Below, piece after piece: positions 1 to 8,520 of a stretch of DNA of 64,000 nucleotides (positions are counted from its first letter, which is position 1; each line of letters opens with the position of its first letter). Under the pieces are notes generated by a model that was given only the letters and a program-made list of their open reading frames with translations, did no database searches and had not been told where the DNA came from. The translations under genes were made by a program, and so were the position numbers. Source of the DNA: Staphylococcus sp. Lineage in GTDB: Bacteria > Bacteroidota > Bacteroidia > Bacteroidales > Muribaculaceae. The DNA is taken from contig JAMPDC010000001.1 of the NCBI GenBank assembly GCA_023665865.1, positions 1,649,910-1,713,909 of the forward strand, written 5' to 3'.

Positions 1-1899
1 GAGGACGGCTCGGCTAAGTGGCTCGGCGAGGCTTTCGGCATGTTTATCGCCCCGAGTTTCCAGTCGCTCGTCTCGCTCAAGGGCAACAACAGCGGCATAG
101 CCTATTCGAGCGAGACAGCGGTGCTGATCGCCGAACACGGGATGAAACTCGCGGGAAGTCCGGCCTACGAGATTTTCCCGGTGACTCCTTTCGGCTCGGC
201 GAAGATCCCGGCCATGCGCTATTATGACAACCGCTCGCTCTCGGCCTCTGTCAGCACGCGCATACGCCTCGGCAAGGTGACTACCCTCGGCGTGACAGCC
301 GACTATTCCGACGAGGACAACCGCTTCAGCAATTCACAGAGCATCACCTATATCAACGGCGATGATCCGGCGGTGAGACTCAACGAGTCGGTGGTCAACA
401 ATCCTCATCTCCGCGAGGCAAAGCTCATCTTTGACTTCGAACACAACTCCGACAGTAAATATATCAAGGACAAATTCAGTTTCACGGGCCATTTCAATTC
501 CAACCGCTACTCGATCTTCAACGGCGCGAGGACGCATCAGCGTGTAGCCACCGACGACTACAATTTCAACAATCAGCTTGATCTGACATGGCGCAGCTCC
601 ACTTCGGTCTTCGGCTTCAGCTCCATAATCTCGGTGGGCAATACACCGGTCAACCGCATGACGGTCACCGGCGACACTATCCCCACGCCTCTCAGCCAAA
701 CGGTGAAGGGTTTTGCCTTCAACACTCTCGAAAAGGCCGGCTACATGTGGCGGCTGAGCTCGCATGCGAGTCTGGGTGTCGACGGTCGCTTCAACTCCTC
801 CTACACCCGTCTGCGCAGCCTCAACGATTGGTCTGACACCCCCCGCAATGCGAACGACATCGCCGGCTATCAGCTCGAGACCACCCTTGAACCCTATTTC
901 CGCTACGTTTTCTCATCGGTTTTTTCGGCCAAACTGAGTGTGCCGCTCCGGATGACGAATATAAAATATGATGACGAGCTGACCGGCAGGGACTATCCCA
1001 CCGATCGCTTTGATGCCGATTGGCGTCTATCGCTGACCTACAATCCTATGGCCGGTGTGAAGTCCTCATGGTCTGTCGGGCGCACTACCACCCTCGGCAG
1101 CATCCGGAATTATGTCCTGAATCCGATCTACACAACCTATCGCCGCTCATCGGTGCCCGGCACGGGTGTGTTGGGCGACTCTCACGGTATATATGCCAAC
1201 GGCTCCATCAACTATCGCAATACGATCGAGGGATTTTTTGCCTCGCTCGACGGACTTTTCCGGCGCTCGACGAGCAACCGTCTCGGCAGTGTCTCCACTT
1301 CCGGCGGCCAGATTGAATCGACTGCGGTCAATTCGAAAAACACGTCAGACATGCTGACCGCTACGCTCAATGTCTCGAAAAATTTCCGCGACATCTCCAC
1401 GATTGTCGCTTTTGCCGCCAATATCACCGACAACAACAGCCACGTGATGCGTCAGCATCTCGGTTATCGCGTCGATGCCACCGCCTGGGGCTGTCTGCTG
1501 ACTGTGACTTCCTTCCCCATACGAAACCGTCTGAGTGTTAAGGTTGAGGGTAAGTATGACCGTTCCGGCCAGAAGATCGACAAGCTGGGCATAAGTAACT
1601 CCATGCACGACATTTCCGGTTCGGCCACTCTGTCGGTGTTTCCCATCAAGGCGTTCGAGCTCTCCGGTGCGTTTCAATACTATGATCTTGATGTCGCCGA
1701 CGGTCTGCGCAAGCGCAGCGTCTTTCTGAAATGTGGAGCCCGCTATACCGCCCGGAAGTTTGAGGTCGAACTCAATGTCAACAATGTCACCAACCGCCGC
1801 TCCTACAGCTATTCATATTTCCGGGAGTCTGACTTCTATGCCTATTCCTTCGGCCTCCGGCCAAGAGAGATCATAGCCTCGCTGAAATATTCGTTCTGA
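1..1899 (+). CDS. Outer-membrane beta-barrel protein (TonB-dependent-receptor-like), 5'-truncated by the window edge
   Basis: Frame is open from base 1 (EDGSAKWLGEAFG-MF...). Alternating amphipathic beta-strand pattern, NNVTN motif near the C-terminus, and a C-terminal aromatic BAM signal (ASLKYSF). Confidence 0.7.
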   Translation, partial: EDGSAKWLGEAFGMFIAPSFQSLVSLKGNNSGIAYSSETAVLIAEHGMKLAGSPAYEIFPVTPFGSAKIPAMRYYDNRSLSASVSTRIRLGKVTTLGVTADYSDEDNRFSNSQSITYINGDDPAVRLNESVVNNPHLREAKLIFDFEHNSDSKYIKDKFSFTGHFNSNRYSIFNGARTHQRVATDDYNFNNQLDLTWRSSTSVFGFSSIISVGNTPVNRMTVTGDTIPTPLSQTVKGFAFNTLEKAGYMWRLSSHASLGVDGRFNSSYTRLRSLNDWSDTPRNANDIAGYQLETTLEPYFRYVFSSVFSAKLSVPLRMTNIKYDDELTGRDYPTDRFDADWRLSLTYNPMAGVKSSWSVGRTTTLGSIRNYVLNPIYTTYRRSSVPGTGVLGDSHGIYANGSINYRNTIEGFFASLDGLFRRSTSNRLGSVSTSGGQIESTAVNSKNTSDMLTATLNVSKNFRDISTIVAFAANITDNNSHVMRQHLGYRVDATAWGCLLTVTSFPIRNRLSVKVEGKYDRSGQKIDKLGISNSMHDISGSATLSVFPIKAFELSGAFQYYDLDVADGLRKRSVFLKCGARYTARKFEVELNVNNVTNRRSYSYSYFRESDFYAYSFGLRPREIIASLKYSF

Positions 1900-1920
1900 G
1901 CGGAGTGGGAGGGTGAAAAA

Positions 1921-2012
1921 AAGGTACAGAAATTCAAAAAGGACAGAAATAACAGAAGACTTTTGAAATATAAATCTCTGTTGTTTCTGTCCTTTTTGAA
2001 TCTTTGTACCTT
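1921..2012. repeat. 36-bp inverted repeat between convergent genes (probable bidirectional terminator)
   Basis: aaggtacagaaattcaaaaaggacagaaataacaga (1921-1956) versus tctgttgtttctgtcctttttgaatctttgtacctt (1977-2012): 33/36 complementary, 20-nt loop. Confidence 0.85.
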
Positions 2013-2039
2013 CTTAAGGAACGGATTCAGGATGAAGCC

Positions 2040-3500
2040 TTATTCCTTGCAGAGCTTGCCGTTGATGTAGAGGTCGTGGAAGTTGACGTTTTTGGTGAGA
2101 CCGCTGATGGAGTTTCCACCGGAGGTCACGCCGTCGAAGTGGCAGTTGTCAACGTTGATGTTGTTGATGTTGCAGATCTCTTTGAAACCTTCGATCATCA
2201 CACCATATTTGCTCGACTTGCAGGTGATGTTGTCAAGCCATACGTTTTTGACTGTCGGGGGGAAGCTGCGGTCGCAAGCCTCCTTGGGTTCATAGACGAG
2301 GTTGATCTTGAGCACAGACTCCTTGCACTGGCCGACCTCTACGTTGCGGACATAGATATCCTCGATGACGCCACCACGGCATGCGTTGGTCTTGATGCGG
2401 ACCACTCGGTCAAGCTCGGGGCTGTCCATGACACAGTTTTCAAGGAAAAGGTTCTTGAAACCGCCTGAGATCTCGCTGCCGACCACGATTCCGCCATGAC
2501 CGTTCTTCATCTGGCAGTTGCGGACGATGATATTCTCGGAGGGGATGCCCTGCTCGCGTCCGTCGCGGTTACGTCCGCTCTTGATAGCGATGCAGTCGTC
2601 GCCGGTGTCGAAATAGCAACCTTCGATCAACACGTTTTTGCATGATTCGGGGTCACAGCCGTCACCGTTGGGGCCGTCGTTCTGGATGTGGACACCTTTG
2701 ACGGTCACGTTCTGGCAGAGCAGGGGATGGATCACCCAGAAAGCCGAGCGCAGAAGTGTCACGTCTTCGATGAGCACATTCTTACACTCCACGGGGTTGA
2801 CGAGCTGTGGACGCATGCCGTAGCCCTCGCCGAGGATGCGCTTCTCGACGGGCACGCCATCCTCATTCCACTCCTGAAGGAGCGGACGGCCGATGTTTTG
2901 GGTGATGGGGCCGGCGACATAGCCGCGCTTGCCGCTCATCTGCCACCATGTCTCGTTAGATGCTCCGCCGTCGATGGTGCCTTTGCCTGTGATGGCGATG
3001 TTTTCCTGCTTATAGGCATAGATCATGGGCTGATAGTTGTAGCAGTCCATGCCCTCCCAACGGGTCTTCACGAGAGGATACTGGCTGGGATCATAGACAA
3101 AGAGGAGTGTGGCACCCTCCTCGAGATGGAGGTTGACATTGCTTTTGAGAGTGACCGGTCCGGTGAGCCAGGTTCCGGCAGGAACGACGACGCGTCCGCC
3201 GCCCTCGCTCGAGCAGAGGTCGATCACTTTGTTGATGAGTTCGGTGTAGAGAAAGCCTTTGGTCTTTGATTTCTTGCCGTAGTCAAAGAGTTTGTAGTCT
3301 TTGTCGCGGAATGTAGGGGCCTTGATCGATTTCTCGATCTGTGGGTAGATCGTGGCCCACGCTTCCTTGGCGTCGACAGCCTTGGTGCATGACTGGCAGG
3401 CGGACTTGGCCGCTTTCTGATTGCAACACTGGTTGCTGCTCTGCGCAAGGCCTGCGAGGCCCACACACATCGCCGCAGCGATTAATGCAAATTTCTTCAT
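2040..3500 (-). CDS. Glycoside hydrolase family 28 (polygalacturonase), with signal peptide
   Basis: GH28 catalytic motifs NGDG, GDDCIAIKSG, GHGG and RIKT. Hydrophobic N-terminal signal peptide. Confidence 0.92.
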   Translation of the reverse strand: MKKFALIAAAMCVGLAGLAQSSNQCCNQKAAKSACQSCTKAVDAKEAWATIYPQIEKSIKAPTFRDKDYKLFDYGKKSKTKGFLYTELINKVIDLCSSEGGGRVVVPAGTWLTGPVTLKSNVNLHLEEGATLLFVYDPSQYPLVKTRWEGMDCYNYQPMIYAYKQENIAITGKGTIDGGASNETWWQMSGKRGYVAGPITQNIGRPLLQEWNEDGVPVEKRILGEGYGMRPQLVNPVECKNVLIEDVTLLRSAFWVIHPLLCQNVTVKGVHIQNDGPNGDGCDPESCKNVLIEGCYFDTGDDCIAIKSGRNRDGREQGIPSENIIVRNCQMKNGHGGIVVGSEISGGFKNLFLENCVMDSPELDRVVRIKTNACRGGVIEDIYVRNVEVGQCKESVLKINLVYEPKEACDRSFPPTVKNVWLDNITCKSSKYGVMIEGFKEICNINNINVDNCHFDGVTSGGNSISGLTKNVNFHDLYINGKLCKE

Positions 3501-3664
3501 GATATTGGTTGATGAATTTAGTTACTTAAGCACTTGTTGTCGGCTTTTTTGCAAAATTACTAACTCCTGGCCAAAGAAAAAAACGCCACACTGATTTTTT
3601 CCCCTAAAAATCCCCTCGGGAGCTTGACTCAGATGAAATCTGACGTACAGTATGCGATTAATTT

Positions 3665-3696
3665 TTTGTTCATTAACTGAAAAATCCTTAAATTTG
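3665..3696 (+). promoter_or_regulatory. Bacteroidota sigmaA promoter of rnfDGEA
   Basis: TTTG (3665-3668), N20, TAAATTTG (3689-3696), directly upstream of the rnfD ATG. Confidence 0.75.
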
Positions 3697-3728
3697 CACC
3701 GACTAATACCAATTTCTAAACTTAAATA

Positions 3729-4685
3729 ATGAGCCAGTTTATCACCATTTCACCGTCACCACATGCGCAGACGCCGGTAACGGTAAAGAAGCTGATGACT
3801 AATGTCATCGTAGCTCTCCTTCCGGCCGTGGCGCTTGCTCTCTACTGCTTCGGCATCGGCGCGGCAATAGTCATAGTCACTGCCATTGTCGGATGTGTAC
3901 TTACCGAATATCTGATTTCCCGCTTCATGATGGGAGAGAAACCGACCATCGGCAACATGTCGGCCGTGCTTACAGGTCTTCTGCTCGCACTCAATCTGCC
4001 GTCCAATCTACCGATCTGGACCGTGTTGATCGGTTGTGTTGTCGCCATTGGCATCGGCAAGATGACATTTGGCGGTCTCGGTTGCAACATTTTTAATCCC
4101 GCGCTTGTCGGCCGCGTGTTCCTGCTGCTGTCGTTCCCCGTACAGATGACCACATGGCCGCTCCCGATGGAAAACCGTATGAATTATCTCGACGCCACTA
4201 CCGGTGCTACGACGCTCGGTCAGTTGAAAATGGCGCAGATCGACGGTTCAGAGGTCGATCTTCTCACCCAAGCCCTTGGTTTCACCGGTGGTTCGATGGG
4301 TGAGATCGGAGCCATAGCCCTCCTGCTCGGCTTCATCTATCTGCTCTGCACCCGCACCATCACATGGCACATACCTGTCGCTATCCTTGCAACTGTCGCC
4401 ATCTTCTCGGCATGTATCGGTGTCAACGTCGGAGTGCAGCTTCTCACCGGTGGTCTGATGCTCGGCGCTATATTCATGGCTACCGACTATGTGACCTCTC
4501 CGATGAGCCACGCCGGCATGATCATCTATGGTGTGATGATCGGTATCATCACCGTCGTCATCCGTCAGTGGGGTGCATATCCCGAGGGCGTTTCTTTCGC
4601 TATCCTTATCATGAACGGTCTCACTCCGCTCATCAACCGCTATGTCAAACCCCGCAAATTTGGAGAAGGGAGGGTAGCCGCATGA
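3729..4685 (+). CDS. rnfD: Rnf electron transport complex subunit D
   Basis: SPSPH N-terminus, GGLGCNIFNPALVGR, FMN-binding DATTGAT, FMATDYVTSP, YPEGVSFAIL. Confidence 0.95.
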   Translation: MSQFITISPSPHAQTPVTVKKLMTNVIVALLPAVALALYCFGIGAAIVIVTAIVGCVLTEYLISRFMMGEKPTIGNMSAVLTGLLLALNLPSNLPIWTVLIGCVVAIGIGKMTFGGLGCNIFNPALVGRVFLLLSFPVQMTTWPLPMENRMNYLDATTGATTLGQLKMAQIDGSEVDLLTQALGFTGGSMGEIGAIALLLGFIYLLCTRTITWHIPVAILATVAIFSACIGVNVGVQLLTGGLMLGAIFMATDYVTSPMSHAGMIIYGVMIGIITVVIRQWGAYPEGVSFAILIMNGLTPLINRYVKPRKFGEGRVAA

Positions 4686-5260
4686 AATCATCTCTCGTAA
4701 ATATGGTGCTTTCGCTTGGCATCATCACCGTAGTGGCAGCAGCAGCTCTTGCCGGAGTCTACACCGCAACCAAGGAACCTATCGCACAGGCCAAAGCCGA
4801 GAAGCAGAAGGCTGCGATCGGCCAGGTGTTGCCCGACATACAGTTCAACAACAATCCGGCCGACGAGGCTTCGGAAGTGACAGTCGACGGCGAGACCGTC
4901 ACCGTCTTCCCCGCCCGTCAGGACGGCGAGCTTGTCGGCATAGCAGTCGAGAGCCATGACACCAACGGCTTCTCAGGCCTTATCACCGTGATGTATGGCT
5001 TCAATCCGGCCGGTGACATCACCGGTTATGCCGTCATGCAACACGCTGAGACCCCCGGCCTCGGATCAAAGATGGGTGAGTGGTTCTGCAATCCCGCCCA
5101 CAGCATCATCGGCCTTAACGCCGCCAGCTCCAACCTCACTGTCAGCAAGGATGGCGGAGATGTCGATGCGATCACAGCTGCCACAATCTCGTCGCGTGCG
5201 TTCCTGAGAGCGCTCACACTCGCCAACCAGGCTTCACAACAATTTGCCGCACAGCAATAA
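4682..5260 (+). CDS. rnfG: Rnf subunit G
   Basis: Likely start ATG at 4682 (MKSSLVNM, ATGA overlap with rnfD). Motifs ETPGLG and FMN-binding DAITAATISS. Confidence 0.93.
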   Translation: MKSSLVNMVLSLGIITVVAAAALAGVYTATKEPIAQAKAEKQKAAIGQVLPDIQFNNNPADEASEVTVDGETVTVFPARQDGELVGIAVESHDTNGFSGLITVMYGFNPAGDITGYAVMQHAETPGLGSKMGEWFCNPAHSIIGLNAASSNLTVSKDGGDVDAITAATISSRAFLRALTLANQASQQFAAQQ

Positions 5261-5275
5261 ATCCCTCATCAAGCC

Positions 5276-5869
5276 ATGAACGATAAACTTAAAATACTTT
5301 TCAACGGTATTATCGCCGAAAACCCGACATTCGTGCTGATGTTGGGTATGTGTCCCACTCTCGGCACCACTGGCAGCGCCCTCAACGGCATGAGTATGGG
5401 ACTTGCCACAATGGCTGTCCTCATCTGCTCCAATGTGGTGATCTCACTCATCAAGAATTTTGTGCCCTCTAAGGTGCGTATCCCTGCCTACATCGTCGTG
5501 ATCGCGGCCTTCGTGTCGGTGCTTCAGCTCGTCATGGAAGCCTACGTTCCATCGCTCTACGCCACTCTCGGTATCTTCATTCCCCTTATCGTGGTAAACT
5601 GTATCGTACTCGGACGTGCGGAGGCTTTCGCCTCGCGCCACGGTGTCCTCGACAGCTGCCTTGACGGTATCGGCATCGGCCTCGGCTTCACCATCGCGCT
5701 CACACTCCTCGGTGCCGTGCGCGAGTTCTTGGGAACAGGTAAGATTTTTGATCTCACCATCTATCCCGAGCAGTTTGGTTCGCTCGTCTTCGTGCTTGCC
5801 CCCGGTGCGTTCATCGCCCTCGGTCTTCTCATCGCGCTCTTCTCGAAACTCCGTGCGAAATCCTGCTGA
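5276..5869 (+). CDS. rnfE: Rnf subunit E
   Basis: ENPTFVLMLGMCPTL, IPLIVVNC, GRAE, PGAF motifs. Confidence 0.95.
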   Translation: MNDKLKILFNGIIAENPTFVLMLGMCPTLGTTGSALNGMSMGLATMAVLICSNVVISLIKNFVPSKVRIPAYIVVIAAFVSVLQLVMEAYVPSLYATLGIFIPLIVVNCIVLGRAEAFASRHGVLDSCLDGIGIGLGFTIALTLLGAVREFLGTGKIFDLTIYPEQFGSLVFVLAPGAFIALGLLIALFSKLRAKSC

Positions 5870-5912
5870 TACTTTATACTTAGTCCTTAAAACTTAATAC
5901 TTAGCTAAGTTT

Positions 5913-6494
5913 ATGTTAGAATATATTTCCATCATCATAACGGCAATCTTTGTCAACAACATCGTATTTGCCCAGTTCCTCGGCATCTGCCCCTTCATCG
6001 GTGTTTCGCGCAAACTGTCGAGTGCAGTCGGTATGGGTGCGGCAGTGACTTTCGTCATGCTCCTTGCCACAGCCATCACCTGGCTCCTTCAGGACCTCGT
6101 CCTCACCCCCTTCGGGCTCGGGTTCATGCAGACAATCGTCTTCATCCTCGTCATCGCCGCTCTCGTGCAGATGCTTGAGATTATCCTCAAGAAGATTGCC
6201 CCGGTGCTCTACAGTGCGCTCGGTGTGTTCCTTCCCCTCATCACCACCAACTGCGCCGTGCTCGGTGTCGCCATCACTGTCGTCCAGAAGGGCATGAACC
6301 TCGGCGAGAGCATCGTCTATGCCTTGGCAACCGCAGTCGGTTTCACCATGGCCATCGCCATCTTCGCCGGCATCCGTGAGCAGCTCGCATGGACATCTGT
6401 TCCCAAGGCCATGCGCGGTGTGCCCATTGCCATGATTTGTGCAGGTCTTCTTGCCATGGCCTTCATGGGCTTCTCAGGTATCAAGATCGGCTGA
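5913..6494 (+). CDS. rnfA: Rnf subunit A
   Basis: NNIVFAQFLGICPF, LPLITTNCAVLG, MAFMGF motifs. Confidence 0.95.
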   Translation: MLEYISIIITAIFVNNIVFAQFLGICPFIGVSRKLSSAVGMGAAVTFVMLLATAITWLLQDLVLTPFGLGFMQTIVFILVIAALVQMLEIILKKIAPVLYSALGVFLPLITTNCAVLGVAITVVQKGMNLGESIVYALATAVGFTMAIAIFAGIREQLAWTSVPKAMRGVPIAMICAGLLAMAFMGFSGIKIG

Positions 6495-6532
6495 TAAGCT
6501 AAAGCGTAATATATTAGTAAGCTAACAATAAG

Positions 6533-6586
6533 GCAGAGCCTTTCTGACTGTCCCTGACGGGCACGATGAAAGGCTCTGCTGTTTTT
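6533..6586 (+). terminator. Intrinsic terminator of the rnf operon
   Basis: Stem gcagagcctttc / gaaaggctctgc followed by tgttttt. Confidence 0.75.
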
Positions 6587-6637
6587 GAGTTGGTACGTAT
6601 CACATCTGTACTTCCCGTAAAAATCGCTATCACGGGT

Positions 6638-7504
6638 CTATCGGTCGCAGTTGCCGCAGTTTGAGCAACCGTTGCAGGTCATGCGCGAGCCGCATTGACG
6701 GCACTCTTCTCTGAAAAACGGGGTGTAGTCCGGCAAATCAAATATGCTTGCCCCCGTCGGGGTCAGATCGAATTTCGGCTTTCCGTTGTAATGACTCAGG
6801 CCGGATTTATTGGCTTGTTGGCTTTGGATCCGCTTAGATGGAATCCGGTAGGTCTTCTGATCTTTGATAAATACGGTGCCGGTCTCGATGAAATTGAAAG
6901 TGACATCGTGACGCCCACACTGTTCGGAAAGGGATCTGACCCATTCATAGCGGCATGGACGGGCACCGTCGTAGTTCTCTCCGCCACACAGCACCTGTTC
7001 GATACATCCGGATGCAAGATAAGGCTCTGCATCTATGGCTCCGATGAGTGGAGCAGCCATGAATCCTTTGTGTATGGCGGGAAGCTCAAGAAGAATCGGG
7101 AGACGCTCATCTGCACGCCTTTGATTCTCGCACGTCACGGAGAGCATCACGTTGCGGTAGCCATCACCCCAGTCGTGAGGTAGGCACTCCTCTATCCGGT
7201 GAGCACGTTTTGTCAGCAGCAGAAAGGCGATGTCAGTGCGCTGTTTCATCATCTGCCATGCCTCCGTCCGCCACCCGTCGGCTTCCTCGATGAAGAAATC
7301 GGTAGAAAGTCCTACGTATAGTTTCATGCCCGGCTTAAGTTTGAAATTGCCGTGGCGGTCGCGTCGCAGAGGTAGGTTGAAATTGGCCGTGCGGGTGATG
7401 AGCGATGTGTCAATGCCACGTTTGCCATCGAGAAAATACATGTAGCAGTGCTCGCAGCCTTCGCTGATTTTGCGGCAGCCGTGCCATGGATTCCAGATGA
7501 TCAT
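6638..7504 (-). CDS. DUF5131 / phage Gp37-Gp68-like radical-SAM-like protein with Cys-rich tail
   Basis: WNPWHGCxxxSxGCxxCY, LTKR and GGE motifs. C-terminal CRQCGSRMTCNGCSNCGNC. Confidence 0.8.
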   Translation of the reverse strand: MIIWNPWHGCRKISEGCEHCYMYFLDGKRGIDTSLITRTANFNLPLRRDRHGNFKLKPGMKLYVGLSTDFFIEEADGWRTEAWQMMKQRTDIAFLLLTKRAHRIEECLPHDWGDGYRNVMLSVTCENQRRADERLPILLELPAIHKGFMAAPLIGAIDAEPYLASGCIEQVLCGGENYDGARPCRYEWVRSLSEQCGRHDVTFNFIETGTVFIKDQKTYRIPSKRIQSQQANKSGLSHYNGKPKFDLTPTGASIFDLPDYTPFFREECRQCGSRMTCNGCSNCGNCDR

Positions 7505-7863
7505 CGGGCAGCTATCTTGTCGAAGTTTTCAACTGCCCATGATATAAGCCCGCCTAACACCGGCATGAGGCTTTTTCCAAGAGAGGTGAGTGAATATTCG
7601 ACGCGAGGGGGGATTTCCGCATAGACGTGACGGGAAATCAGGCCGTCGGCTTCGAGGCTCTTGAGCGTGTCGGTCAACACTTTGGACGATATATCCGGTA
7701 TGGCTTTACCGATCGCATTGAAGCGGGTTGCCTCGTTTTCTGCGAGCACGCAGAGGATGAGCATGGCCCATTTGCCGGAAAATCTTGAGAGGATGTTGCG
7801 CACCGGACATTCTGAAATGCGGGTGTATTTTTTCAAATTTTTTTCTAACTCCAACGGCTTCAT
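7501..7863 (-). CDS. HxlR/YodB-family winged-helix transcriptional regulator
   Basis: CPVR...GKW...RF...IS.KVL...L..LE.DGL.SR...PPRVEYSLT. Conserved N-terminal Cys. ATG at 7863 (TTG at 7869 is an alternative start). Confidence 0.92.
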   Translation of the reverse strand: MKPLELEKNLKKYTRISECPVRNILSRFSGKWAMLILCVLAENEATRFNAIGKAIPDISSKVLTDTLKSLEADGLISRHVYAEIPPRVEYSLTSLGKSLMPVLGGLISWAVENFDKIAAR

Positions 7864-7874
7864 TTTCAAAATTT

Positions 7875-7909
7875 GTTACCTGGAAGTAAGTGTCTTACCT
7901 TTCGGTAAC
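7875..7909. promoter_or_regulatory. Imperfect inverted repeat, candidate HxlR operator
   Basis: GTTACCtggaaGTAAG-tgt-CTTACctttcGGTAAC in the divergent hxlR/cupin intergenic region. Confidence 0.5.
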
Positions 7910-8016
7910 GTCTTGTTTAATCGGGATTTGTCAATTATCTTTGCACTGTTAAAACGAAAGTGGCTTACTGCTGCAAAGTTAGTGAATACTGAATAATAAT
8001 CAAAATATTTAAAACT

Positions 8017-8427
8017 ATGAGTGAAGTAAAAGTTTTGAACAGTGGCGAAAAGTTTGCCCACGTATCAATCGGCTCTCTTCATGGCTTTGAGGGGAAACAG
8101 TTTGTAAAGGATGCCACCGGAGCAACCTCGTGTGAGATCTCATTCGGGACACTTCCTGCCGGTGGGGCGGTGCCTTTCCTCCACAGCCACAAGGACAATG
8201 AGGAGAATTATATAATTCTCAGCGGAAAAGGTAAATTTCAGGTAAATGATGAGGTGTTTGACATTGCAGAAGGCTCGGTTGTCAGAGTCTCGACCAATAG
8301 CGACCGCAATCTTAAATGCACCTCGGATGAACCGATGACTTATGTCTGTATCCAGGCTAAGGAAGGCTCACTCGGGGGCTACACGATGACCGATGCTGTA
8401 ATCACAGAGTGTGTGAACAAACTGTAA
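8017..8427 (+). CDS. Cupin-domain protein
   Basis: Cupin motif 1 HSHxxNEExYIILSGxG and a motif-2-like G.VVRV. TATCTTTG promoter box at 7936-7943. Confidence 0.85.
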   Translation: MSEVKVLNSGEKFAHVSIGSLHGFEGKQFVKDATGATSCEISFGTLPAGGAVPFLHSHKDNEENYIILSGKGKFQVNDEVFDIAEGSVVRVSTNSDRNLKCTSDEPMTYVCIQAKEGSLGGYTMTDAVITECVNKL

Positions 8428-8453
8428 ACGCATAAGGCAGTCATAAACATGAG

Positions 8454-8490
8454 CAGGAGGCGGACACTTGGGATGAGTGTCCGCCTCCTG
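8454..8490. terminator. Hairpin between convergent cupin and nhaD genes
   Basis: Perfect 15-bp stem caggaggcggacact / agtgtccgcctcctg. Confidence 0.7.
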
Positions 8491-8520
8491 TCTGAGTTAT
8501 ATAAGGCCGGAGATGGGGTT

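Noticed and set aside
4364-4681. Apparent N-terminal extension of RnfG
   Set aside because: It overlaps rnfD in another frame. The ATG at 4682 gives a normal RnfG.
6638-7504. Prophage remnant suggested by the Gp37/Gp68 family name
   Set aside because: No other phage genes are nearby.
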